DNA of 63,971 nt, filler included, from an uncultured bacterium (GCA_964449065.1; 3 parts of 3 records of this genome joined end to end with filler, not necessarily neighbours in it), one strand, 5' to 3'. Positions 40,820 to 52,245 are shown, counted from the whole stretch's first letter. The notes: generated from the sequence alone by a model not told the origin. A program made the numbers and translations.

Positions 40820-41832
40820 TGGCGAGACTGCTTCCATTGGTTTACGCGCTGCTTGCTTCATTCGCGGTTTTGGCGGTTGGGTTGTGGCTATGCGGCTATT
40901 CGCCCATCCGGTTTGTTACCGTGATTGCGCAAAGCACATGGCTTTCGCCCCGTGATATCATCACGGTACTCAACAAAAGCGCCTTGCTTATATTGACCGG
41001 TTTGGCGGTTGCGATCCCGTACCGTGCGGGCTTGTTTAACATCGGCGGCGAAGGGCAGATGTATGTGGGGGCGATGACAGCCGCCGCGGTCGGCGCGCTG
41101 CCGCTTGCGTTTCTCGGCTATTTTCAACTTGTGCTCTGTATTCTTACAGCGGTTTTGGCGGGAAGTTTATGGGCCTGGATCGCGGCATGGCTTCGGACTG
41201 CGCGCGGAGCGCATGAAGTTATTAGCACGATTCTGCTCAACTTCACCGCCTTTTATTTGGTGAACGAACTTACCTTTAATTGGCTGCTGGCCGAACCCGG
41301 CGCCAGCCGCACCGCGTTTATTTTGCCTTCGGCGGAATTGCCCGCGCTGGTCAGTATTCGGGCGGCTTCGCTCTCTTTCGGTATTGTTCTGGCCGTATTG
41401 GCTGCTGTGCTACTCGCTTTCATTCTTTATTTTACCTGGCAGGGGTTCGCGATCCGCGCGGTGGGTGAAAATCCGGATGCCTCGCAATACGCGGGGATCG
41501 CGATCGGCAAAATCCAGCAAATGGCGATGATGGCCGGCGGGGCTTGTGCCGGCTTGGCTGGAGCGATTGAAACAACTGGAATCAATAAGACTTTTTATGC
41601 ACGCTTTGACGGCGGCACGGGTTTCGATGGAATCGCGGTTGCCTTTTTGGCGCTATGCGAACCGTGGGCGGTATTGCCAAGCGCGTTGTTTTTGGCCACC
41701 ATCCGTTCCGCCGACCGCGCGCTGCAATTGGAACTGGGCATCCCCAAGGAAATCGTGTTTGTGGTAGAAGCCGTGTTGGTAATATGCGTTGCCGTCTTTT
41801 TGCGGAAGAAACCGGCAGGTGAACATGTCTGA
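40816..41832 (+). CDS. ABC transporter permease
   Basis: GLFNIGGEGQ, HEVISTILLN, GFDGIAVA. Confidence 0.9.
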   Translation: MMARLLPLVYALLASFAVLAVGLWLCGYSPIRFVTVIAQSTWLSPRDIITVLNKSALLILTGLAVAIPYRAGLFNIGGEGQMYVGAMTAAAVGALPLAFLGYFQLVLCILTAVLAGSLWAWIAAWLRTARGAHEVISTILLNFTAFYLVNELTFNWLLAEPGASRTAFILPSAELPALVSIRAASLSFGIVLAVLAAVLLAFILYFTWQGFAIRAVGENPDASQYAGIAIGKIQQMAMMAGGACAGLAGAIETTGINKTFYARFDGGTGFDGIAVAFLALCEPWAVLPSALFLATIRSADRALQLELGIPKEIVFVVEAVLVICVAVFLRKKPAGEHV

Positions 41833-42739
41833 ATGGTTCTCATCTGAGTTCCCCGGTATTGTGCATACCGGTTTGATTATTGCCGCACCATTGTTATGGG
41901 CGGCCTTGGGTGGATTGTGCAGCGAGCGGTCCGGTGTCATCAACGTGGGGCTGGAAGGCATGATGCTGACAGGGGCCTTTGCCGGTGCGGCGGGGTCGTT
42001 TGTATCCGGCAGCCCGTGGGTTGGACTGTTGTTCGGGATGATGGCAGGCGGCTTGATGGGGCTGCTTCACGCGTGGATCACTCTTCAGTGGAAGGCCAAT
42101 CAGATCATCAGCGGCATGGGGATCAATCTATTGGCGTTTGGTCTGACGGGATTTCTGCTTTCCCGCATTTTCGAAGCCCGCGGCAACTCGCCGGAAGTAA
42201 CAAAGTTTCCTATGCTAAGGTTTGAAGATATACCGTTTATATCGAAACTCCTCTTTCCGGTATCCCCCTTGCATATTTTTCTGATCTTCACGGCCCTAGC
42301 CGCTGTTTATTTGTATCACTACACCCGGTTTGGTTTGCGGCTGCGGGCGTGCGGCGAAGACCCGCACGTTGCTTTATCAGCAGGGGTTCGGGTCAATCTT
42401 TACCGCTATATTGGAGTGACAGTTAGCGGTATTTTGGCAGGCGTTGGAGGCGCGCAACTTTCAATTGGAGATATCAGCCAGTTTAGCGTGGGGATGACTG
42501 ACGGACGCGGTTTTATTGCCTTGGCCGCTCTCATCAGCAGCGGATGGAAACCGGGCCGGCTGATACTGATTTGCGTTGTTTTCGGCACGCTGGTATCGAT
42601 GGGCGAGCGCCTGCAAACCGTCTTCCCGGAAATTTCCTCCCGCGTGTTTTTGATGTTCCCCTTTGTTCTTGCGTTATTTATATTAGCGTTTTATTCAAAT
42701 TCATTGCGGCCCCCCGCATCATTAGGGAAATCAACATGA
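41825..42739 (+). CDS. ABC transporter permease
   Basis: SERSGVINVGLEG, GLRLRACGE, GRGFIALAA. Confidence 0.9.
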   Translation: MSEWFSSEFPGIVHTGLIIAAPLLWAALGGLCSERSGVINVGLEGMMLTGAFAGAAGSFVSGSPWVGLLFGMMAGGLMGLLHAWITLQWKANQIISGMGINLLAFGLTGFLLSRIFEARGNSPEVTKFPMLRFEDIPFISKLLFPVSPLHIFLIFTALAAVYLYHYTRFGLRLRACGEDPHVALSAGVRVNLYRYIGVTVSGILAGVGGAQLSIGDISQFSVGMTDGRGFIALAALISSGWKPGRLILICVVFGTLVSMGERLQTVFPEISSRVFLMFPFVLALFILAFYSNSLRPPASLGKST

Positions 42740-44418
42740 CCGAAGCGAATCAACAGGAATATCCCTCCATACCAATCAGCACAATTTTGATTTGCGCGTT
42801 GGCGATGGCATTGGGGTGGCTGGTATACGGCAACCGTCCGTTTCCGGAAGCCGCGGCATTGCCCGGGGCGTTGGCCGGTCTCTGCATTTCCCTCTGTTTT
42901 GGCAGAGAAGATTGGCAGAAGCGCTGGCGCGATTTTGCTTTATTCGGTGCTATCGGCTGGGGACTGGGCGGCATGATGCCGTTACAGCACTTGGCCGGCT
43001 ATACCAACACCGGGGCACAGTATTGGTGGAACATGCTGTACGGAACCGCCGGATTAAGTCTGGTAGGATTGATCTGGGCGGGGGTCGGCGGATTTTTTAC
43101 CGCGTTGCCTGCTTTGCTAAAACCGGACGATTTGCGTTCTTGCAGGCAGGCCGCGATTGTGTTTATCGTACTATGGCTGCTGACCAAACTTCTGCTTTTC
43201 TTCAATATCCCCCCGCAAGATCAATTGGAAATTTGGGTGCGGCATTATTTCTATGAAGAAAACCCCGCGAATGGGGGGGCGCTGTTATACGCTTTTGCTT
43301 GGTTTCAATTTCATGGTATTTCTTTGCTGCTGCCGGTTCTTATGCTGTGTTATTGTTGCATGCGTTTTATGACCCGCCAAAATTCTTCGTTGGGATTTTT
43401 GCTTTCATGTTTGATGGTCTTTGGCTGGTTCACCGGTGTGAGTCTATTTGTTGGCGGTTTCGGATACCGCCTCAATCCGCCGCAAAGCGATGCCTGGGCG
43501 GGATTGTTGGGTGTGTTGATTGCGCTGTTGGCGGCTTTGATTGGAAACCGGAAATTCAACTCACTGCCGGAATTCCGTTCGATCATGTTTCTCACAGTCG
43601 TGACTGCGTTTTGGGGGGCATTGGCGGTCCCGATGGCGAATACGTTCCGCTTGTATGTGTATTGCCAAAACGCTCTTTATCCCTCGGAACAAATTATGTG
43701 GCTGGCGCAGGGATTGATCAATGGCTTGGGATTGTGTATTGCCCTAAGTTATGCGGCGGCGTTTCTATCGTTTGACAATCACGATTCGCGGAAGATGCAC
43801 TGGAAGTCACCATCTTTGTTCATGGCTGTTGTGTTCGTATTTACCGGAAGTGTGGTCTATCGTGTTGTGTTATCCGATTGGGCACAAGAAAATCTGATCG
43901 TTCTTTTTCCCGCCGATGTGCATTTGGCGGGCTGGATTGCATTGGCGTTGCTGGGAATGTGGCTCACTTTATCCGCGGTTCTTTGGGTAAAAAAGGATAT
44001 GATGATTCCCGCGCTGCCGGTTGTGGATGAAATGCTGGGACGGTGGCTGTGTTTGGGGCTTGTATGGATGACGGTTGTTTTGTTTCTGATTCAAAACACC
44101 GTGTTTAACCACAACGTATGGCTGAATATCCTTTGTTGGATGGCTGCTTGTTTCCTCACAATTCGAGGGTTGATCGCGCCGGAACCGCTGCCGGTGCCGA
44201 AGACGGAAAATCCCTGGCAGCAGGATGTAAAACGGCGAACGGTGCAGCATGTGTTGTCTTGGGTGATCATCACCACAGTTTTCATCTTTGCGCTGACGGC
44301 GTTTCATGCCAATTTGATTTTATACCCCACCAAAGGGCATTATTTCCGGTTCGGGCCCAACGCGTGGTATCCCGGCATCGATTCATTTGTGTATGCGGAT
44401 GAGCGGGAGAGTGGCTAA
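42736..44418 (+). CDS. Hypothetical polytopic membrane protein
   Basis: Many hydrophobic helices; translationally coupled to the permease. Confidence 0.7.
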   Translation: MTEANQQEYPSIPISTILICALAMALGWLVYGNRPFPEAAALPGALAGLCISLCFGREDWQKRWRDFALFGAIGWGLGGMMPLQHLAGYTNTGAQYWWNMLYGTAGLSLVGLIWAGVGGFFTALPALLKPDDLRSCRQAAIVFIVLWLLTKLLLFFNIPPQDQLEIWVRHYFYEENPANGGALLYAFAWFQFHGISLLLPVLMLCYCCMRFMTRQNSSLGFLLSCLMVFGWFTGVSLFVGGFGYRLNPPQSDAWAGLLGVLIALLAALIGNRKFNSLPEFRSIMFLTVVTAFWGALAVPMANTFRLYVYCQNALYPSEQIMWLAQGLINGLGLCIALSYAAAFLSFDNHDSRKMHWKSPSLFMAVVFVFTGSVVYRVVLSDWAQENLIVLFPADVHLAGWIALALLGMWLTLSAVLWVKKDMMIPALPVVDEMLGRWLCLGLVWMTVVLFLIQNTVFNHNVWLNILCWMAACFLTIRGLIAPEPLPVPKTENPWQQDVKRRTVQHVLSWVIITTVFIFALTAFHANLILYPTKGHYFRFGPNAWYPGIDSFVYADERESG

Positions 44419-44720
44419 TACCCATTTCATTTGGGATGGTTCAGAACGAGAACCGCTAATACCACGCTGCATATAAAAAGTGAGTGATCTTTCACGCAAC
44501 CATACGGGATCATGAAACTGCAGGGTGGGATCAAAGCGAAGCGTAGCCCACCATGACCATCTCTGCTCACTCGATTTAAAATAACATTCTTATTGCCATT
44601 GGTATAAATCCTTCCTTCTCCCTAGCCGGACATAGGCACTCAACAAACATAACATCGATTAACATAATACATGATCAGTAAGAGAAGATCAATCATCCCC
44701 ATGCCGAACGCATAGTGCAT

Positions 44721-45668
44721 TCATCGATTCAATCCCAACAACACCGCACCTGCGACCACCACATCTTCTTCCAGCGCTGCGGGGACGATTTCATACTTGC
44801 CCGCGAACGGTTCGAAGCAGTTGGATTCGACCGTGCTGATGAGCGGTTTCCAGAACAGGTCGCCCATCAGGGAAACGCCCCCGCCGATGATGATTTTTTG
44901 CGGGTGCAGCAACGCGATGATGTTGCAAATAGCAACCGCCAGCGTCTTGCTGGTTTCATCCAAAATCACGGTGGCGAAATCGTCATCCTGTTCGGCGGCT
45001 TTGTAGACATCTTTAGCGGTGATTTGATCGAGTCTGCCCTCAAACCATTGGCGCAGAATGGAGTCTTCTTCGTCCAGTTCCAGCGCTTGTTGGGCGCGCC
45101 CCCCGATCGACCAGCCCGAGCATACGTGCTCCAGCAGTTCGGGCTCTCCGGTATCCGGGTCGGGAACCCAGCAATGGCCGATTTCTGCGGCGCCAAATCC
45201 TTGCCCTTCATCGATCTTCCCGTTGATGATCCATCCCCCGCCGATGCCGCTGCCAATGGTTATGTAAAATACGCGGCTGCATCCTTTACCGGCACCCAGA
45301 TGCGCTTCGGCATAGCCGGCGGTGCTGGCGTCGTTTTGAATAACGGCCGGTTTGCTGAAGGTGTTTTCGATCCAATCCTGCAGCGGAAAGCGGTCCCAGC
45401 CTTCGACTTGATGCGAGGTAATCACGATCCCTTTTTGCGAATCAACCGGTCCGCCGAATCCTACACCTATACCGCTGATGTCGTCCCAAGTGCATTCGGC
45501 TTTTTGCAGGGCTTCGTTGCATAAGTCCGGCAGTTGGTTTTGAATGCCTTGAGCGCCTTGTTCTGCATTGATATTCGCGCGCACGGTGCTCATCAACTTG
45601 TTCTCGCGCAGTCCAACACCCGCTTGCAGTTTGGTCCCGCCGATTTCAATTCCAAGAGCGTATTTCAT
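44721..45668 (-). CDS. ROK-family sugar kinase
   Basis: GIEIGGTK, QND, GSGIGGG, AEIGH. Confidence 0.9.
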   Translation of the reverse strand: MKYALGIEIGGTKLQAGVGLRENKLMSTVRANINAEQGAQGIQNQLPDLCNEALQKAECTWDDISGIGVGFGGPVDSQKGIVITSHQVEGWDRFPLQDWIENTFSKPAVIQNDASTAGYAEAHLGAGKGCSRVFYITIGSGIGGGWIINGKIDEGQGFGAAEIGHCWVPDPDTGEPELLEHVCSGWSIGGRAQQALELDEEDSILRQWFEGRLDQITAKDVYKAAEQDDDFATVILDETSKTLAVAICNIIALLHPQKIIIGGGVSLMGDLFWKPLISTVESNCFEPFAGKYEIVPAALEEDVVVAGAVLLGLNR

Positions 45669-46234
45669 GACAGAGTTTTAAACCGTTCGTGAAGTTCTTC
45701 CAGCATGTAATGGAAAAAGATCATGTGCACCGATTCCACCAATCCCATATTGAATGAGGGTACATGCAGAAACGCGTCGCACATGGGTTTGAGTTTGCCG
45801 CCGTCATAACCGGTAAAGCCGAAGACTTTAATGCCGTTGGCTTTGGCGTATTCTACAGCCGCAATCACATTGGGGCTGTTGCCGGAACCGCTAATGGCGA
45901 TCAGCAGCGCGCCGGGTTCGGCGAAGTTTTTGAGTTGCTCGACAAAGATACGGCTGTAGTCGGTATCGTTCCCCCACGCGAGGATGTAGGGGGTGTTGTC
46001 GGTGAGGCTCATTACCTTCAGGCGCTTTTGGTTTTCAAAATCATGCAGGGTGCCTTTTCCCAGGTCTTCACATATATGGGAAGCGTTGGCCCCGCTGCCG
46101 CCGTTGCCGATGAGAAAGACGGGCTTGTCCGCTTGATAGGCTTCGGTGATGGCATCCATAAAGGCGTTCACTTGCGCTTCGGGGATCTGTTTGATCAGGT
46201 CAAACGCGTTATTGAGATATTCATTAAGTTGCAT
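45665..46234 (-). CDS. SIS-domain phosphosugar isomerase (GmhA-like)
   Basis: GNGGSGANASH, ND, ISGSGNSPN, ESVH. Confidence 0.88.
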   Translation of the reverse strand: MQLNEYLNNAFDLIKQIPEAQVNAFMDAITEAYQADKPVFLIGNGGSGANASHICEDLGKGTLHDFENQKRLKVMSLTDNTPYILAWGNDTDYSRIFVEQLKNFAEPGALLIAISGSGNSPNVIAAVEYAKANGIKVFGFTGYDGGKLKPMCDAFLHVPSFNMGLVESVHMIFFHYMLEELHERFKTLS

Positions 46235-46834
46235 GAAGGGCTCCTTGAAATCATGATGTTTGCAGAATGATGAGTGCGGGAATCTGTATTATCATTTGTT
46301 CATCATTCTCTACTCACAACGGCCAATTATACGTTTTGGTATCATATCCCAAACGGTTGAAGGATCAATTTGTCTATTATCTTAAAGACAGTGGTTGGTG
46401 ACGAGCACCGAACCCTCAGATAAAGCGTTGAGAGATATAGCGAAAGGCTAACACCATAGGGCTGGTAGTACGTAATCCATCCTGAGTTTAAGCAAGTGAA
46501 GATACGTAAATGATGATTGACTACAGAAGATTTTGCTATAGAGCAAATTGTCTAAGTTAAACTCAAGGTCTATCGTCTTCTCCCTTTGGGAGAAGATAAG
46601 AGATGAGGGCGAAGAGAGNNNNNNNNNNNNNNNNNNNNNNNNNNNNNNNNNNNNNNNNNNNNTTAATTAATTAANNNNNNNNNNNNNNNNNNNNNNNNNN
46701 NNNNNNNNNNNNNNNNNNCAAAACGCTTGGCGGGATTTATGTCACGTCATCTTCAATTCCGCCGAGTTTATATTTGTAAAATAGATAGAATAGTATTCAC
46801 CACAGAGACACGGAGAACACAGAGGATTATTATT

Positions 46835-48274
46835 ATGACTTGTGATAATACTAAAACACCACTCAACCGCCGCGATATGCTGTTTCAATGTGCAAACGGC
46901 TTTGGTGCACTCGCATTGACGGCCTTGTTAGGCGATAACGCCTATGGCGCCAACGATATCTATACCGATCCTCAGCGGCTGAAAGACCCCTTCAAGCCCA
47001 TCCCCCCTCACTATGAACCAAAAGCCAAAAGCGTGATCTTTTTATTCATGGAAGGCGCCCCGTCGCAGGTGGATACCTTTGACTACAAGCCGCGTTTGGC
47101 GAAAGAGGCAGGCGAGCCGATCAAGATGGATGTCCCTACCACACAGTTTAACAACGTGGGAAGCGTGTTCCCATCTCCTTGGGAATTCAAACGTCGCGGC
47201 CAAAGCGGCTTATGGGTCAGTGATTTGTTCCCCCACATCGCCACATGCGCGGATGACCTCGCGGTCATCCATTCGATGACCAATGAGTTTTCCGAGCACA
47301 CTTCCGCAAACTTTTTTCTGCATTCCGGCTTTGGCCAGCAGGGCAGACCCAGCATGGGCTCATGGTTTACCTATGGGTTGGGCAGTGAATGCAGCGATCT
47401 GCCCGGCTTTATTGTGCTCGATAGCGGGTTGATTCCACCCGGAGGGATGGAAATGTTCAGCAGCGGGTTTTTACCCGCCGCATACCAAGGCTCGTTGTTC
47501 CGGCAGGGAGAGCAGCCGGTCGCCGATGTGTTCCCGAAGGAAGAAAAGCCGGAACAGCAAAAGGGCAAACTGGGCCTGCTGCGGATGCTGAATCAGCACG
47601 CGCTTGAGCGCTTGGGCAAGGATGACAAAGTCGAAGCCACGATTTCCAACTATGAACTCGCCTTTCGGATGCAGACCGCCGTGCCGGAACTGACTGACCT
47701 CAAGGGGGAAACTTCTGAAACGCTGAAACTGTATGGCATTGGCGAAGAACCGACCGACCGTTACGGCAGGCAATGCCTGATCGCGCGCCGGTTGGTGGAA
47801 CGTGGCGTGCGCTTTATTGAACTGCTGCCGCCCAGCGAGAACGGAGTGGACCGATGGGATCAACACGGCAACCTGCGCGACGGCCACAGCAAAAACGCCG
47901 CGAATGTCGATCAACCCATTGCGGCGTTGATCAAAGACCTCAAGGCACACGGTTTGTGGGATTCAACTCTGCTGGTCTTCGGCGGCGAGTTCGGCAGAAC
48001 CCCAATGGCGCAGGGCAGTAACGGGCGCGATCACAACCCCTACGGCTTTACGATGTGGCTGGCCGGCGCGGGCATTAAAGGCGGCACAGTATATGGGCAG
48101 ACGGATGAATACGGCTATTATGCCGTTGATAAGATTACCGAGATGCACGATCTGCACGCCACTATGCTGCACCTGTGCGGCATCGATCACGAGCGCCTCA
48201 CCTACCGCTTCAGCAGCCGCGACATGCGCCTGACCGATGTGCACGGCAAGTTGATTGAGGATATCTTGGCATAG
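46835..48274 (+). CDS. DUF1501 domain protein (Tat substrate)
   Basis: NRRDML, AKSVIFLFMEG.PSQVDTFD, WDQH, GEFGRTP, GRDH. Confidence 0.9.
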   Translation: MTCDNTKTPLNRRDMLFQCANGFGALALTALLGDNAYGANDIYTDPQRLKDPFKPIPPHYEPKAKSVIFLFMEGAPSQVDTFDYKPRLAKEAGEPIKMDVPTTQFNNVGSVFPSPWEFKRRGQSGLWVSDLFPHIATCADDLAVIHSMTNEFSEHTSANFFLHSGFGQQGRPSMGSWFTYGLGSECSDLPGFIVLDSGLIPPGGMEMFSSGFLPAAYQGSLFRQGEQPVADVFPKEEKPEQQKGKLGLLRMLNQHALERLGKDDKVEATISNYELAFRMQTAVPELTDLKGETSETLKLYGIGEEPTDRYGRQCLIARRLVERGVRFIELLPPSENGVDRWDQHGNLRDGHSKNAANVDQPIAALIKDLKAHGLWDSTLLVFGGEFGRTPMAQGSNGRDHNPYGFTMWLAGAGIKGGTVYGQTDEYGYYAVDKITEMHDLHATMLHLCGIDHERLTYRFSSRDMRLTDVHGKLIEDILA

Positions 48275-48275
48275 T

Positions 48276-48510
48276 ATGGGTATTTTTATACCTCAATATG
48301 AAGTTCGTATTTATCGCACCCAGGAAGGGAAAGAACCATTTACTGATTGGCTTCTTTCTCTAAAAGACAAGAATACAGAAATACGAATCCGGCAACGAAT
48401 CGCAAGATTGAAATTGGGAAATCTTGGTGATTGCAAACGAACTGATAAAGATTTATATGAGTTGCTTTTTTTCTTTGGGTCGGGATATAGAATCAATTTT
48501 TCTAATCAAA
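48276..48510 (+). pseudogene. RelE/ParE-like addiction-module toxin, 3' truncated
   Basis: EPFTDWL, RIARLKLGNLGD.K, GYRI then runs into the convergent gene. Confidence 0.65.
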
Positions 48511-48747
48511 AGAAAACTCTTTTTTCGGACTTGCTTTTGACTTCTCAACTAGAGATTGAAATTTTGGATTGGTCTCAATCAACTCATCCATCAATGAATC
48601 GTCTTCGTTGGGATCAAGAGTTTGAATAACCAATAAGCGTTGATCGGGCATTTCAACAACTATAGTGTCACCGGAATCGGCGCATTCATTCAGCTTTTTT
48701 TCCAACTCATGTTCAAGGATGCTGAGTTGTATCGTATTGATGGGCAT
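48502..48747 (-). CDS. Small hypothetical protein (antitoxin-like)
   Basis: 81 aa acidic ORF. Confidence 0.55.
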   Translation of the reverse strand: MPINTIQLSILEHELEKKLNECADSGDTIVVEMPDQRLLVIQTLDPNEDDSLMDELIETNPKFQSLVEKSKASPKKEFSFD

Positions 48748-49045
48748 GAAATTCTTCCTTCAACAATAAGTTTGTTGCCGACTTTCTTGCCTACAATTAG
48801 TATACAACTTTATCATCTTCAACATTATCCAACGTTCTCAAATTACCTGCACGGAGTTTATACTGCGCTAACGGATTGGGACGCAATTTCTAAACGGCTT
48901 GTGTTTGAGTTGTAGGTTGATCAATAAGCCTTTGTGAAATTGCAGTTTTGAGAATCCTTTGATCTCTAACGGATAACCAATGAAACTGCCTATCAGCAAC
49001 TTCGGTTATAATGATAGTGTGTCTCATTGTATCATGCAATTCAAT

Positions 49046-50806
49046 TTAATTCTCTGTTGAGTCGTCATTTTCCGATTTAGAATCCTCTGCTTCTGAGGAT
49101 TCTTCTACATTTGCCTCTTCAGCCGGTGTTTCTTCCTCATCCGGCTGCTCTAACTCTTTGACGCGGATGTTGCGGAACTCGACCGGGCTGCCGTGGCCCA
49201 AGAAGGCGATATGGCCGGATTCGTTATCCAGGCCGGGGTGTTCGTTGCCGTCGATGGTTCCCAACAAAGCGGCTTTATCGATGTTGGCGTTGACGATGGT
49301 AGTGCCGTTCAACCGGATAATAATTTTGTTGCCGTATGCGATGACTTCTTGCTGATTCCAAAGACCCGGTTCGCGTAAATATCCACGTTTGGCCGGTACC
49401 ACTCCATAAATGGAGCCGTGCGCCTGCCACGGTTTGATGCCTTTGTACATCGGATGTGAGTCATGCAGGATTTGCAGTTCCATGCCGTGATAGGCCGCGT
49501 TCTTGCCCATCGGCGTGCGGATACCCAAACCGTTGTTGCCGCCGGGGGGCAGTTTGAACTCAAAGCGCAGCACAAAATCGCTGTATTCTTTTTCGGTATA
49601 GAGATTACCGCCGAGGCAAATCAAGTTTGAATTTTCAACAATGTAGCCGTTCGTGTCTCCTGTCCAGCCGGTGAGGTCTACATTGTTGAATAAAGGAACA
49701 AATCCATTCTCGTTGGGCTCATCCAAACTGACCGGAGGGTACTCGATATCCATCATGGCAAGGTAGTCATCCCAGCTGTACAGCATATCCATGATTTTGC
49801 CGCGCAGTTCTTCCGGCGAGCGCTGCGCCTTGTTTTCCCACATTTGCATAAACACCTTGCGGGGAAGTTTTTTTGCTAACGCCAATGCCTGCGCGCTTAC
49901 ATCGCTGTGTTCGCTTGCTGCATACATCATCAAATCATTGATCGAATGATGGCCTTTGGCATGAACCAACACATCCAATGCTGCGCATTGAATGTGTGTT
50001 TCCTCCGCTTTGGTATATCTCTTTAGTGCGTCATACGCGATTTGCGCGGCGGTGTATGCCTGGCCTTGTTTTGCCAAATCGTTGGCATAGTCAAACAAAT
50101 ACGATACGGCCTGATGCTTCATTAAGCCTTTTTCACCGCGTACCGCTTTCAACAAAGCATCGTGAACGTGAAGGCCGCCGATATTGGCTAACGCGTAAAT
50201 AGCCGCCAGCCGCACGCCGTCATTTTCATTGGTGGTATAAGGAACGATGACTTCAAAATCACCATCATAGTTCAAGTCTCCCACGCCGCGTAAAAACATC
50301 GCTTTGGCTTCGTTGTTAACTTCGGGCAGGGCATCGATGAGATATTGCGCTCCTGTTGGGCTGCCGATTTGGATGATGGCAATCGCGGAATTTACATAAA
50401 GCTGCTCGTGGGTTAGATATCGGCTTAGCGGTTCAAGCGATGCTTCACTGCCAAAAAGGTGGAATTGCGTCAGCAGAAAATCTTTAATCTGATCGTGTTC
50501 GGCTTCTTCCAGCATGTCCAAAAACGCTTCTTCAACCATACCGCGCTGGTCCAAGTTATCCGGATGGCTGGCATCTTTGGCGATGATAGTGAGGATGAAG
50601 CGTGTTTTGGTATCGTCACCTTCTTCTGGTGGAAGAAGCATTTTCCCTTTGGTAACGATTTCTTCTTTACCGGATGCGGAAATTTCACGCGCGGTGCGTT
50701 CGTAATCCGGCACTTCGTCTTCGTATTGAAGAACAGTGTTTTCTTGTGCGGTTGCAAGGCTTACTGCAAAGAGAGTGATGGTAAATAGCGATACGATATA
50801 TCTCAT
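49046..50806 (-). CDS. HEAT-repeat plus DUF1080 (3-keto-disaccharide hydrolase-like) protein
   Basis: LFN..DLTGW, GNNGLGIR, ELQI, HGSIYG, GHGSPVEFRNI. Confidence 0.88.
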   Translation of the reverse strand: MRYIVSLFTITLFAVSLATAQENTVLQYEDEVPDYERTAREISASGKEEIVTKGKMLLPPEEGDDTKTRFILTIIAKDASHPDNLDQRGMVEEAFLDMLEEAEHDQIKDFLLTQFHLFGSEASLEPLSRYLTHEQLYVNSAIAIIQIGSPTGAQYLIDALPEVNNEAKAMFLRGVGDLNYDGDFEVIVPYTTNENDGVRLAAIYALANIGGLHVHDALLKAVRGEKGLMKHQAVSYLFDYANDLAKQGQAYTAAQIAYDALKRYTKAEETHIQCAALDVLVHAKGHHSINDLMMYAASEHSDVSAQALALAKKLPRKVFMQMWENKAQRSPEELRGKIMDMLYSWDDYLAMMDIEYPPVSLDEPNENGFVPLFNNVDLTGWTGDTNGYIVENSNLICLGGNLYTEKEYSDFVLRFEFKLPPGGNNGLGIRTPMGKNAAYHGMELQILHDSHPMYKGIKPWQAHGSIYGVVPAKRGYLREPGLWNQQEVIAYGNKIIIRLNGTTIVNANIDKAALLGTIDGNEHPGLDNESGHIAFLGHGSPVEFRNIRVKELEQPDEEETPAEEANVEESSEAEDSKSENDDSTEN

Positions 50807-50846
50807 CGATCAAGTCTCCTTATCAATCCATTCCATATTCAAAAAG

Positions 50847-52130
50847 CTAAAGAGTAGAAATCCAGTCGCGTTCGGGCTGTTCGATTAAGCGGTTGGCCAT
50901 GTCGTCATCCACAAAACGCAGGGTTTCAGGATCAAACTTCAGATTGCGTCCCAAGCGCACGGCAATCTTGCCCAGGTTCACCAATGTGCATGAACGGAAA
51001 CCGTTCCTCTCATTCAACGCGAACTTCTGCCGGGTTTTTACGGCTGTCGGACAGTCGGTCAACTGCGGTTCCGGGTCGGGGAACGATTCCAAAATGTTAT
51101 CGATGTTTGGGATGTCGCATTTAAACTCTTTATACAACTTGCCTTCGGGTCCTTCGATGAAGGCGGCGTCCTTGATTTTGTTTTCGCCGTCTAAAACAAT
51201 CTCGCAGCCGTCGGCGTATTTGTAGCGGATCAAGTTCCAGGAACCGACCGCGTCTGGATGCTGCCGGGGTGCTTCGACTTCAATTTCGATTGGGCTGGTG
51301 TCGTCTTTGCGCAAGAGGTATTGCGCGGGATCAATGTAGTGCTGCCCCATATCGCCAAGGCCGCCGCCGTCGTAATCCCAATAGCCGCGGAAGGTGCCGT
51401 GGACACGGTGCGGGTGATAGGGCTTTTCCGGGGCGGGACCAAGCCAGTAGTTGTAATCCAACTCTTGAGGAATATCTTGCGGTACCAGATCGGTTCTGCC
51501 GCTCCAGTTGAATTTCCAATTGAATCCGGTAACCCCGCTGATGGTAATTTTTAGAGGCCAGCCCAACAAACCGCTTTCAACCAGTTTTTTGATCGGTTTC
51601 ACGGGAACTTTCATGCCGTAAAAATCGTTTTCAAAGCGAAACCATGTGTTGATGCGGAAGATACGGCCGTATTGATTGACGGCTTTGACCACGCGTTCGC
51701 CTTCGCCGATGGTGCGGGTCATGGGTTTTTCACACCAAATATCCTTGCCCGCTTCCGCCGCCATGATGGACATAATGGCATGCCAGTGCGGCGGGGTGGC
51801 GATGTGAACGATATCGATATCGGGGCGGTCATAGACTTCCCGAAAATCTTTATAGCCTTTTATATTGCCTTCACCGTAGCGTTTTTCGGCTTCTTGAATG
51901 CCTTCTTGCAGATGCTTCTCATCCACATCGCAGACAGCGACCAAGCGGGCGTCTTGATAGCGGATGTGGCCCTTGCCCATGCCGCCAACGCCGATGATGG
52001 CTTTGGTCAGTTCATCGCTGGGGGCGGTGTGGCCCGCGCCCAATACCCGGCGGGGAACAATGCAAAGACCGCCGGCGGCCAGTGTGCCGTACAAAAAAGA
52101 ACGGCGGGAAACGGAACGTATACGCTTCAT
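50847..52130 (-). CDS. Gfo/Idh/MocA oxidoreductase (Tat substrate)
   Basis: SRRSFL, IGVGGMG, ATPPHWH, CEKP, DMGQH. Confidence 0.92.
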   Translation of the reverse strand: MKRIRSVSRRSFLYGTLAAGGLCIVPRRVLGAGHTAPSDELTKAIIGVGGMGKGHIRYQDARLVAVCDVDEKHLQEGIQEAEKRYGEGNIKGYKDFREVYDRPDIDIVHIATPPHWHAIMSIMAAEAGKDIWCEKPMTRTIGEGERVVKAVNQYGRIFRINTWFRFENDFYGMKVPVKPIKKLVESGLLGWPLKITISGVTGFNWKFNWSGRTDLVPQDIPQELDYNYWLGPAPEKPYHPHRVHGTFRGYWDYDGGGLGDMGQHYIDPAQYLLRKDDTSPIEIEVEAPRQHPDAVGSWNLIRYKYADGCEIVLDGENKIKDAAFIEGPEGKLYKEFKCDIPNIDNILESFPDPEPQLTDCPTAVKTRQKFALNERNGFRSCTLVNLGKIAVRLGRNLKFDPETLRFVDDDMANRLIEQPERDWISTL

Positions 52131-52245
52131 ATTTCATTCTCCTCAACATCGAAACATGCTTGGTATTACTATAGGTGATTTGACCGATTTATGCTATGAA
52201 TGTGAAGGATAGAAATATCAATTGTTTCGATAGTGTGAGTGAGCA

